Shown: positions 1 through 10,498 of the stretch, piece by piece | Numbering within the stretch: position 1 is the first letter of the stretch | Layout: each line of letters opens with the position of its first letter | Source of the DNA: Selaginella moellendorffii | Taxonomy: Eukaryota > Plantae > Lycopodiophyta | Direction: 5' to 3' | Length of the DNA: 64,000 bases | NCBI RefSeq assembly: GCF_000143415.4 | Contig: NW_003314271.1 | Coordinates: 1 to 64,000, forward strand | The notes under the pieces: generated by a model | Told to the model about the DNA's origin: nothing | Database searches by the model: none | Seen by the model: the letters and a program-made list of their open reading frames with translations, nothing else | Translations under genes and position numbers: made by a program

Positions 1-696
1 CCCTGGTACTCGCATTTGCCGAGGGGATTCAGATGTTAAAGGTGATTGTTTCTATCATTGATTTTTGCAAGACCTGACGCGTGATAACAGGAAGCTGGGT
101 TTGAGACTGATCCTCTTGGAGACCTTGACACAGAAACTGAGAGGAGACTGGGACTTCTTGTGAAGGAGAGGTGAGTAGTTTGTTTAACCCCTCTCATGCT
201 CTTACGATTGATTCTTCTTCACAGATACAAGACTGATTTTTATATTCTGCATCGATATCCACTTGCTGTCCGGCCATTCTATACCATGCCTGCTGTCGAC
301 GATCCTAAATATTCAAACTCATTCGACGTTTTCATTCGGGGTTAGTCATCGTTGTTTCCTGTCGTTATTTGTTTGTTCTGATTGTCTTTTGTAGGCGAGG
401 AAATCATCTCCGGTGCCCAGCGTGTTCATGACAAGGATCTTCTTCTAAAGCGGATCGAGGAGTGCAACATTGATCCAAACGCTATTGGCTTGCAGAACTA
501 CATAAATTCTTTCAGGTGAATAGCGAAAACATTAAACTTTTTGTGTGACAAATTTCCTGTTACTGGCAGCTATGGTGCACCACCTCACGGAGGCATTGGC
601 GTCGGCTTGGAACGAGTAGCGATGCTCTTCTGCAATCTGGACAACATAAGGAAGGCCTCTTTGTTTCCTCGTGATCCTAATAGGCTGGCACCTTAG
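1..696 (+). CDS. Cytosolic aspartyl-tRNA synthetase, 3' exons (gene begins upstream of the window)
   Basis: Manual splicing across GT-AG introns gives ...[40 protein letters not shown]...[22 protein letters not shown]...[41 protein letters not shown], the class IIb AspRS C-terminus with motif 3; TAG at 694-696. Confidence 0.95.
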
Positions 697-721
697 GTCG
701 AAGACAACGGTGTCCTGATAA

Positions 722-1784
722 TCAGGCACCAGATTTTGCACAAGTGTTACAACCCATATTGACGCAAGGGATGTGACCACCAGGTTCTTCTTCTTCTTGC
801 TGCTTCTTGTTGATCTTTCTCTTTGGAAAGACAGGAGGCCTTTCGTCCCTGAGCAGTGGTATCTTCTGTAAGTTGTTGATCTTGTGAGGTACATTTTTGA
901 ACTTGGAAATGACAAATCTTTGCTTAGGCCTCGGCGGGTTCCTCCAGTAGAACCAGCGTATTATTCTCATGTCGGTGGTCTTGTTGTTCTTGACAGGGAC
1001 AAAGACTGGCCTGATAACTTGGAAGTCGTGATGGTGTTGGGTATTCATCCTGATGAAATCGTATCCATAAGCATAGCGAATGACTTCATCCATGCTGTCG
1101 CCCCTGTTTCAGGAAAAGAAGAACACGATCATATTAAGCAAAGATTGACGAAGACACCACTTTGGTTCAAACCTTTCGAGCGGTGTGCCGTAGACGTGGT
1201 CTGGATTTACTACCGATGGAAGTGGAGCAACGTTTGCCTGGTACAAAGCAAAGTTGTCATGGTGGAACTAGCAATTCGAGGTAAAGTTTACCAGTCTCTG
1301 CTTGACTTTGAGCTTGATTGGATGCTCTCTTCGGTACATTCTCTGTTCGTCTGCCCGTGTGACTTTCCTGAGAGAAGAAAGTGACGAAAAGAAGTAAAGT
1401 TTGAGTTTTGGAGTGTTGGATCTTACATTTTGGGAGCCTTCTTGTTCATAGCTCGCAGATCAGTGCCTTTGGCAGCGCTTGGGTCAGGGACGTTCTCTCG
1501 GAAGACCATCACTGCGAGGAACCAACACCGAGTTAGTGTTTCCTTCATCGAGTGATCGAACAGGCCTGGACTAACTTACGTTCTTTCACTGTAGGAGAAT
1601 ACTCGTTGAGCACTCCATAGATGAAGTTGTCGCTGGGAAGATTTCTGGTGGATCGTTTTCCCTGGAACGAGGACTGACATGAGCAAAGACAATGAAGAAA
1701 CTTGACGCAAGATAGAGGTACCGCTCCCAGCTTCGGTTTGATGAGAATCTCATCCTTTGCAGATGAGCTCCGGACATTCCCCAT
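722..1784 (-). CDS. CFAP77: CFAP77/FAP77-like (DUF4483) cilia/flagella-associated protein, 6 exons
   Basis: Six exons splice in frame: MGNVRSSSAKDEILIKPKLGA|GKRSTRNLPSDNFIYGVLNEYSPTVKE|LMVFRENVPDPSAAKGTDLRAMNKKAPKM|KVTRADEQRMYRREHPIKLKVKQRL|ANVAPLPSVVNPDHVYGTPLER|GDSMDEVIRYAYGYDF...; the LPxxxFxYG, DxxAMNKxA, QxxxRxxHxIxLK and PLPS...YG motifs match my recollection of CFAP77. In-frame upstream ATGs exist near 1814 and 1832. Confidence 0.72.
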
Positions 1785-2121
1785 TCTGGGATGATCCGAC
1801 TCGTCGTAAGTCATGTTGCCTGGATTCGACATCGCGGAACAAAGCTTGAAATCGATCCGCCAAAGCCGACTTCTTCGACCAATCAGCCTATCAAAATTTG
1901 AGAACGGGGGAATATGCCATTGCGCGGCAACCAATTGGCGCCCACTCGTAGGCGCGTCATCCGCACCGTCCACGTGTCCAGGTGTATCGAATTCAAAGTT
2001 TGAATAAAAGAATATACCTAAAACTGACCTATCTCTGTTCAAGGCTTGATATGCTATTTTGATTCTAGCAATGTGGGCTGGGAGAGAGGTGTAGGGTTCT
2101 TGGATTCTTATGATCCAAGAA

Positions 2122-3527
2122 ATGGGGAAGAGGCGGCACCGTCTCTCGCTGGGCGGCGTGATCTTCAGCGCCGGCGCCGTGGTTGCGCTCGTCGTTGTGC
2201 TGCTCGAGGTGTCGTCCGCCTCGAAGCCAAAGAAGGCGGCTTCCACTCGCCAGGTGCCGATCAATTCGGGATTTCGGATCGTCCGTGAGTATCCGCACGA
2301 TGCGAAGGCATTCACTCAGGTTCGATCGATCCATTTCGCTGCTGAATTTCCAGCTCAAAGAAGAATTTTTCTTTTTTTGCGATAAAAGGGGCTTTTGTAC
2401 CATGGAAACAATACACTCTATGAATCCACTGGGCTGCATGGAGAGGTACGCGAAAGTTTGGTAAAGTTCGTTCTGGTTCATTTACGAGGGTTTGGTGCTA
2501 ACAGTCGTCAGTACGTGAAGTTGATCTTCAAACGGGAGAGGTTTGTTTTCTTTCTTTTATCTTTTTGCAGAAAATATATGTTCCAATGTCTGTGCAGGTT
2601 AGAAGGATTTATCGTCTGCAAAGCAGGGATTTTGGAGAAGGATTGGCACTTTGGGAAAACAAGTAACCTCTTTTTAAGATTCGGTGATGGTTTTGTTAAT
2701 TCTAGCAGATTTTTACAGGTTATTTGGCAAACTAACAAAGGATATCTCTACGATGAGAAAACACTGAGTCTCGTAACTTTATACTGTTTCAGAGGTATAT
2801 GATCACGATACTTTGCATTTCTTTCCAGCTAGGAACATTCAAGCATCCCATGACGGATGGCTGGGGATTGACGCACGACAACAAGCATATCATAGGAAGC
2901 GATGGAAGCTCCACTTTGTACTTTCTAGACCCACACAACTTTGCAGGTTTGATGGTTTTTTCAGTGATAGATTTTGCAAGAAGAGTTGATCGCGCATTTC
3001 AGAGATAAGAAGAATCACAGTTAAGGACAATGGAGAAGCTGTGGAGCTTTTGAACGAGCTGGAGTATGTGAAAGGAGAGATCTGGGCGAATGTTTGGCAG
3101 GTACTTCGAAGCAGCGTATTCTCACTTTTCTATCGTTTTCTTTTCTTTTGACTCCGCAGATGAATTCTATTGCTCGAATCTCTCCCAAGGACGGTAGAGT
3201 CGTAGGATGGATAGTTTTGGATGCACTAAGGCAAGTTGCTACCGTTTGTCGTGTTCCTGCTTAACATTTCTTATCCCGCACGCAGGAAGAGCCTCATTTC
3301 TGCTGGAAACAGGGTATGAAAAGTTCCAAGTTTCTTTGTGTTTATCTCTGTTTTCTCCAGAATATAGACGTGCTAAATGGCATTGCTTGGGATGAGGAGC
3401 AAGACCGTCTCTTCGGTACGTGTTTGACACTCTTTGCACGATGCTGAATTCTTCCTTGATCGATACAGTAACTGGCAAGTGGTGGCCAAAGCTCTACGAG
3501 ATCGTCCTGTCCCCGGAACTCTATTAG
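2122..3527 (+). CDS. QCT: Plant glutaminyl-peptide cyclotransferase (glutaminyl cyclase, beta-propeller type), multi-exon
   Basis: N-terminal hydrophobic anchor, then EYPHDAKAFTQ|GLLY...LYESTGLHGE, FGEGLA, DGWGLT, GSDGSSTLYFLDP, LNELEYVKGEIWANVWQ, DVLNGIAWD, VTGKWWPKLYEI; TAG at 3525-3527; one GC-AG intron at 3231-3285. Confidence 0.93.
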
Positions 3528-3668
3528 ACACGCACAAAGTAGCACAAGCAACTGCTATGGACGGTGGTATTATCAATGTACAATTCTTTCCAATTTTTTT
3601 TTTTTTCTCTCTCGTTTGCTCTGCTTCACAGGAGGTTCCAAGATTGCATTTTTATCGATCCATCCAAG

Positions 3669-3941
3669 TCAGAATGACGCTTCTCTCCACGACGACGCCG
3701 GGAGCACCGAACGGACAGTCTTGAGGTCCCGAAGCCATTTGACGCGCTCGTAGCTATCCCCGGGCGCGTCGGCGTCGCGCAGCATGGATCGCACCAGCGA
3801 CGCCGTGACGCGCCAGGAGCAGAAGAGGAAGATCCAGCCCATTACCACCAGCCCCCACACGAAGAAATCCTCCGCCGCCACCAATCCATCGCCGTCCTCG
3901 TCGCCCATCATCTCCAAGACGACGCTCTCCATCTCCGCCAT
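3669..3941 (-). CDS. Putative small (90 aa) single-pass membrane protein of unknown function
   Basis: GC-rich intronless ORF: acidic N-terminus MAEMESVVLEMMGDEDGDG, hydrophobic FFVWGLVVMGWIFLFCSW, basic tail; lies just downstream of the P1BS/HSE cluster. No family recognised. Confidence 0.45.
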   Translation of the reverse strand: MAEMESVVLEMMGDEDGDGLVAAEDFFVWGLVVMGWIFLFCSWRVTASLVRSMLRDADAPGDSYERVKWLRDLKTVRSVLPASSWREASF

Positions 3942-4018
3942 TTGGGATTTCTTCTCTCCCTTCCTCGTCCCATGCCAACACGTTGCCTGGACAAAATTTA
4001 GGGCACACGCGGCACACG

Positions 4019-4133
4019 GCATATTCTGGGACGGGAGGAATATTCTAGAATATGCTTCTGTGCCGAGGCATATTCGGGGAGGCCTTTTAAAAGCAGTTTC
4101 TAGAATATACTTTATGGTTGGCGGGGCATATTC
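4019..4133. promoter_or_regulatory. Cluster of six P1BS (GNATATNC) motifs overlapping a heat-shock-element-like GAAnnTTCnnGAA
   Basis: GCATATTC 4019, GAATATTC 4038, GAATATGC 4048, GCATATTC 4068, GAATATAC 4103, GCATATTC 4126; GAATATTCTAGAA at 4038-4050. Confidence 0.6.
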
Positions 4134-5394
4134 GTATTTTTGACTTTTCCATTTCTTTTGTTCTTAAAGGTTTTTGTTGCTCATAGAGTCCACGCTCCTT
4201 TTTGTGCGATTTTGAATCATTGCATCGATCTTGACGAGAATGCAATGCATTTGAGTGGACGCAAGAGAAAAAGAGGCGAAGAAATTGATAGAGATTTATT
4301 GGTGGTCCAAGTTTTTTTCTGGTTTTTTTTTTTTCTAGCCTTTGATAGAGCTCTTGCTACAAGGCATTTCTAGTGGCGCTTCATGGTTCCGGAATCTCCA
4401 TTATTGGGGCAGGGGGGGAGGACTTTCGCAAATCGAGACTCAGCTTGGCTTTTTGACAATGGGGAAGAGCGCAAAATCTCTACACAAAATCAAAAGATTC
4501 GCACCGGATCAAAGCATCCAAGACTCTCCCCCTTCTTGGCATATGCGGCGAATCGCGCGGGGGACTTTTCCTCCCTCCCATTGTTCGTTATGATTGTTCC
4601 CCGGGACACAATGGGCGACCGCCACGTGTACGTCCGCCCGCGGCGCGGCGCGTCTGGCGATCGAGCGGTCAGATCCGGTGGACGGCCAGGATTCACTCTC
4701 CCGTGGATCCTCTTCTTTTTCGCGCCAGTATTTGATTGGGAAATGCACGATATGGACATTCGGGGCCACATTTTTTAATTCTTTTTCATGCATCCATCCT
4801 AGTGTTTGGAAATTAGGCGCTCTTTCGGTGGGCTCTAGGGATATTCCATGTCTCGCGTAGAAATTACTGTTCCAGCGATTGCCCACCCACAACACAACCT
4901 GTCAAGCCCTAAATTTAAAGACAAGCCTCCCAAACAAATGGGAAAGACCAGCCGGATTCCAAACGGGATATCAAATCCGGCTTTTAATACCACCATGGGC
5001 CAGCCGTACAAGTGGCCCAAAACCGCGTCTGTGTGTGTGTTTTAGCTGCCGTGGGGTTTCCGCCCGTCCGCGTTCTTCCCAGGGAGAGAGTAAGTGATGA
5101 TCAAGCTAGGGATTGCTCGTCCGCGGAGTGGCGCTGGCTGTAAATCCTTGCCAGGCGCCTCTTGTTTTGCCGGCATCGCGAGGTTTGCAGGAAATCTTGC
5201 GCGCTCGGGAAAATCCAGGTGCTAGAACACGCGGATTTCCAGTGCATGCGAGTAATGCAAGTTGTGGCGCCGGAAATTTCATGCTGGGAGGGAGGGATCG
5301 AGGAGCCAGTCCGGCGCTAGCGAGGAGCTTAGAGAGGGTTTCGTTGTTTCTTCTCGGCCGGCTTTAGAGCTTTTGGGGGTGGGGGATTTTTTGG

Positions 5395-7771
5395 ATGACA
5401 GTCTCCGTGAGGATGATGAAGGTCATGAGATGGCCGCTGCGGTCGCTCATGACGAAAAAGTTCTATGTGACAATGGTGCTGCACGGGCTGGACAAGCTGC
5501 TGGCGGCCGACGACTCGAAATTCGTGGTGGATGTCAAGTGGAAGGGGCCGAAACGATCGTTGGGGCCTCGTTTCCGGAGCGTGAAGAGGGAGCGAAGCGC
5601 TGAAGCTGCTGCTACCATGGACGGAGCGCTGGAGTGGGAGCAAGGATTTGACTGCGAGTGTACTCTGGCTCTTGCCAAGGAGAATGGGTTCTACCCATGG
5701 GACGTTTACCTGGTCGTGCGCAAGGTAAAGAAATCTTTGGTTTTTAACTCTCTCTCTCTCTCTCTCTCGACTGACGATTCGAATTTTGTAGATCACTCTT
5801 AATGGGGCCAAGGCCAAGGCGTCAGTCTTTGGCTCGGGATATCTGAATCTTGGGGAGTTTGCTCCTCTAGCTGGGAGTGCACGACATAGAACCAAAGTTT
5901 CCATTTTGGGGGGCGAAAGTGAGGAAGCGATTGGTGTAAGTTTGTGCTTGTTAGGAAAAGCTTTGTCTCGTGCAGCCTAGCTGACAAGAGCTGTGCATGT
6001 CGCAGGTCACTTTGAGCTTTGAGGAAGTCCCGGAACCTGTGGAGACCAACTTTAGGATCATGGCGCCGGCGATCCCATGCATCTCGCTGTGGGAGAGGGA
6101 TGACTTGGGGGATGGCGGAGATAAACCGATGCTGCGTACGAAGAAGTCGCGGGTGGAGGACGCTGCCATCGACATCAGAACAAGTGACGAGAGCTCGCAG
6201 GATTCCCCCGATCGCTTCGAATCCGATTCTGTTGACAACTTTGAGGACAGTGACGCTGTCGATGACGAGGAATTCACTTCTTTCCGCTATGGAAGAATCG
6301 CGGGGGCCAACCAGCTGATAGGAAAGAGCCACGATCAGAGGGCGTCGAATGACGAGGAGGTTTTGGTGTTCAATGGCGGGACAGCGCTAAAGCTGGCGGA
6401 GGAAACTTCATCGTCGGATTCAGACCAGGCGGCGTCCCAGTCGTCCATGAGAAGGATGTTGTCGTGGAGGAAGAGAAAGCTGAGCTTCCGATCCCCGCGG
6501 GCCAGGCGAGGCGAGCCACTTCTCAACAAGGCATACGGTGACAATGGAGGTGATGAAATCGACTGGGACCGAAGGCAAGCCGAGTCACCAGAAGAGTCTC
6601 TTGGAAGCATGGTAAGTGTGTTTCCTTTAATATCTCTTTTTCTTTTCTATCTGTTTCACGTGCTAACATGTGAACCTTCTTCCAGCTCCGACTGAACAAC
6701 GAGAAGAAGACGGCCATCGAAGGAACCTGGGATTTTGGCGAGACGTTTCAAGTAGGCAGCTGGGAAGCGAAAGAGCTGACGAGCCGAGACGGGCAGATGA
6801 TGCTCTCGGCCAGCGTCTTCTTTGCGTCCATCGATCAGAGAAGCGAGAGCGCAGCCGGCGAAAGCGCTTGCACCGCTCTGGTTGCCGTTATAGCCGACTG
6901 GCTCCACAGGTTCCCGGCGTTCATGCCAAGCCGAGCCGAGTTTGATCTGCTGATACGCGAAGGCTCGGCCGAGTGGAGGAAGCTGTGCCAGGACGCCACC
7001 TACAAGGACCGCTTCCCGGACGGGCATTTTGATCTGGAGACCGTGATCGAGGCGGCGGTCCGGCCGCTGACGGTCGTCCCGGAGAAGTCGTTCGTGGGGT
7101 TCTTCCGGCCGGAAGGGCTGGGGGAGTCGAGCGAGTTCCTCGAGGGGGCCATGTCCTTCGACAACATCTGGGACGAGGTGGAGCGGTCCGGGCCGGCGGT
7201 GTACATTGTCAGCTGGAACGACCACTTCTTCGTCGTCAAAGTTGACGAGCAGAGCGTGCACATCATCGACACGCTGGGGGAGCGGCTGTTCGAGGGGTGC
7301 GATCAGGCGTACGTTCTCAAGTTCAACGAGGCAGCGCGGCTGTCCTTCGTGCCACCGGCGGAGGCAGCGGCTCCAAAACAGGAGCAAGGAAGTAGCAGCG
7401 GCAGTGGCAGCGACAGAGAGAGCGACGATGGAAAGAAAGATGAGGCGGCAGCAGCAGCAGCAGCAAAGAAGGATGATTCTCAAAAGGAGTCCGAGGAAGC
7501 AAAGCAGGAAGAACAGGCTAGCGAGGAAGCGGAGAATAGCGAGAGGAAGATGAGGGAGTTCACCGGAAGGAACGCGTGCAAGGAGTTTGTCAAAGGCTTT
7601 TTGGCGGCGATTCCACTGGGGCAATTGCAGAGTGACGTGAAAAAGGGGCTGGTTGGAAAGGACCATCTCCACCGGCGGCTGCAAATCGAGTTCCATTACA
7701 CTGAATGCAAGGTACGTGAGAAAAATGCTAGTGCTGCTATTTCTATTGTCAACAGGGAAACGCAGGCATGA
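5395..7771 (+). CDS. Plant NT-C2 (EEIG1/EHBP1 N-terminal C2) domain protein, about 4 exons
   Basis: N-terminal ...VDVKWKGPK...LEWEQGFDCECTL...FYPWDVYL; middle SWRKRKLSFRSP...GEPLLNKAYGDNGGDEIDWDRRQ; C-terminal FFASIDQRSESAAGESACTALVAVIADW, FPDGHFDLETV, YIVSWNDHFFV, HRRLQIEFHYT, all typical of this plant family. Confidence 0.88.
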
Positions 7772-7969
7772 GAAAAGATAGCGAAGAAAAGAAAAAGGAA
7801 AGAAAGGCACAAAGGTGCTTACCCGGTACTGTAAAGAGATTGTCTTGTAATCTACATACACAGTTGTTGATAACTGCTTCTCTCTTGTCGCGAATTCTCG
7901 TTAGGTTCTCTCTCGTCTCGTCTCGCCTCGAATGGATCTTTTCATGGCCTTTCCTTCTCGTTTCGCTCG

Positions 7970-10329
7970 TCACGGCCTCCAGAGCTTCATCGTTGAATCC
8001 AAACTGTACGTGACGAGGAGGTTTCGATGCGGGTGGTGGCTGATCCCGATAATGTCCTTGTCGTGTGCCTGTTCATTAGGACTGTCAGGAACCAGACGAG
8101 CTCTCCAGGTGGAAGAGTGTTTTTGCAAGTCTCACCTTTAAGAGATGCTCCAGCTTCCCTGCTTGATTGCTAAAGCAGTAGACATTCCTGCACAGGGAAA
8201 AAGGAGAAAAAAAGGAGCATTAATACCACAGCTGTGAGGAGTGTGACTTGTGTAGTTTACATGTCTTCTCCAACGCAATAAATCCAGTCTCCTTTTGGCG
8301 AGACGCAGGCCGCGACGAAATCGCCACCCTCTCTTTTGCCAGACGAGAAGCTCTTGACAACCTGCCAATGCAAAGCCGGAAGGGAAAAATCAGGCACAAA
8401 GGAAAGGAGAAATGCACCTGGCCTTGCAAAGTCATCACGTATATAGACGACGATCTGCTGCAAACGACGATGTGTTCTGGGCTTTTTGGAAGCAGATGCA
8501 CGGAGTTGATAGCAGCGTCCCCTCCCTAAAACACCACCAAAATGTCAAAAGTGTTTGAGCAGAGGAAAAAAAAACACTTTCTTTTCCTTACCCTCAAAGG
8601 TGGGGGAGGTTTCAACGTTTGTAAGCAGTCAGTGGTTCTCATGTCCCACACCTGCATTATAATCAAACCAGATATCAAAAATAAACGAGAGAGGGATATC
8701 TCATAATGTAGAAAGCACCACCCACCTTGACAGTGCCGTCGCTCGAGGCTGTAATAATTCGATTCACTTCCGTTGCAAAGATGGCGTCGTTGACATAGGA
8801 AGTGTGACCGCGAAACTCTTTTAATTGCTTCCCAGACTTGAGTCCATGAATCCTGCAAATAATTGCCGCATGTGAGAGCGCACAAAAAAAATTAAAAATA
8901 AACAGTCTAAAACTCTGTAAGTTGACCTCGCAGTTTCATCGAACGAGGCACTAAGAATCTGGCTGTTGTCCCTTGAGAACGAAACCGTTGTCACGCCCAT
9001 CCCATGCGCTTTGTCAAAACGTTTCAGGCATTGGCCTGTTCGTATCCTCCAAACCTGCAATAAAACTGTGGTGATAACACAAGTCAAGCTTGGACATTCT
9101 ATACTCACCTTGATTTTTCCATCTTGAGCACCAGAGGCAAGCATTTCAGAGTCGCGGCTCACGGCAACCGTCAAAACTGCATCTTCATGCATCATAAACG
9201 AGTCCTCCGCTTGATACTGCAGGTCCTTTTTCAACTTTCCAGTGATATAATCCCAGACCTGGAAAAAATACAACGCTGAAGTAAGAGCCTGGCAATCACG
9301 ATAAAAAAAATCGAACCTCTATGAAGCCATCAACGGAGGATGAAACCAAAAATTGTCCATCAGGAGAGAAACAAGCACACTCGCAATTTTGCTTCCCAAA
9401 CTGTCATAAACAAAATCAGATTATAAAAACAGAAAAGAAAAAGAAAAAGAAAATAAAAGCTTTTCTAGTTTGAGAACCTTGATGGAGTGTTGCAACGTCG
9501 TTGGAAAAGTTTCTTCTATATCAGCCTTCGCAGCGGCAGTACCCTTGAACAAGTCGAACTGCGTCCCAGGAGGAAGCATGCCTGAAAGTTTAGAATGTAA
9601 GAACGCATGAAAAAACTGAAACAAAAGACCTTGATGCTGTTGCCACTTGAGAGCCTGGCCAATGAGCGACATTAATCTCGACGGTGGCACCACCTCGACT
9701 TCGGCAGCTATAGCTTGAGCAATTTGACTCCTTCGTTTCTCCTTGGAAGAATCCTGATATACCTGGTCCACGAAAAAAAGTAGTGGAAAAGAACCATGAG
9801 ACAAGGAAAACAATTACCTCTCGAGCATCGAAGTATGTCCTCACAAGGAGATGCTCTAAACGAAGGTACCGCTCAGGCTGTTCTTGCTTCATGTAATCCA
9901 TTGCCTGGGTCTGCCTCAAAATCGCCCTTGCGGTATCGAGCTCTCTCACTTCAATCATCTCTAGAACCACCTAGAGAGAAAAAGAGAAGAAGAAACATAA
10001 AAATTCTCCAGAGAACAAGGAGAGGAGTAGCAAAAATACCTGCTCGTATAAATCCTCCAGTTTTTTCTTTGGAAGCTTAAGCTGCGCGACTTGAGGCAAG
10101 ACAGCGTCCCAGCGGCCATCGTTCATGTCGGACACAAACGCATCGTAGTTCTCCACACTGTTGAGCGAGACCTGGCACTCGTTCTGGATCGTCTGGAAGG
10201 TCTGGTGGAGGGAATTCTCCTTGCAAAACTGGAGCATCACCTTGATCACGCTGGAGAATGCGGCGGCGCTCAGAGAATCGGCATTTACAAGGGAAGCGCT
10301 TACTCTCGTGCTTCGATCTCCAGCGCCAT
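7970..10329 (-). CDS. SMU1: WD40 splicing factor SMU1 (LisH/CTLH + WD40), many short exons
   Basis: MALEIEARD|[17 protein letters not shown]..., [51 protein letters not shown]|[29 protein letters not shown]...MKLWRP*. Confidence 0.95.
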
Positions 10330-10498
10330 AGCTACTCGCTCCCGCCTAAACCCTAGGTAGCCGAGTTTTAGGGTTCTTCAAAAAATTTGAAATTGAGCTC
10401 CATCTTTTAGGGTTCTTCCGAGAGGGGCGGAGAAGGCGCTGCTACTCCATGAATCTCTTGCGTTGAGGAGCGAATCTCCAGGTTCTTCTCCTTCTTCT
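10330..10498. promoter_or_regulatory. Short bidirectional promoter between SMU1 and the PPR gene with telo-box-like motifs
   Basis: Only about 170 bp separates the divergent ATGs; AAACCCTA at 10348 and TTTAGGGTT at about 10367 and 10406. Confidence 0.5.

Noticed and set aside
884-1384. 166-aa plus-strand ORF
   Set aside because: Antisense shadow of the spliced CFAP77-like exons and introns.
3560-4020. IPS1/At4-type miR399 target mimic downstream of the P1BS cluster
   Set aside because: I could not find a miR399-complementary site; a short coding ORF explains the region better.
6656-7861. 401-aa minus-strand ORF (and similar ORFs opposite the PPR gene)
   Set aside because: Antisense shadows of GC-rich coding sequence; no recognisable domain.
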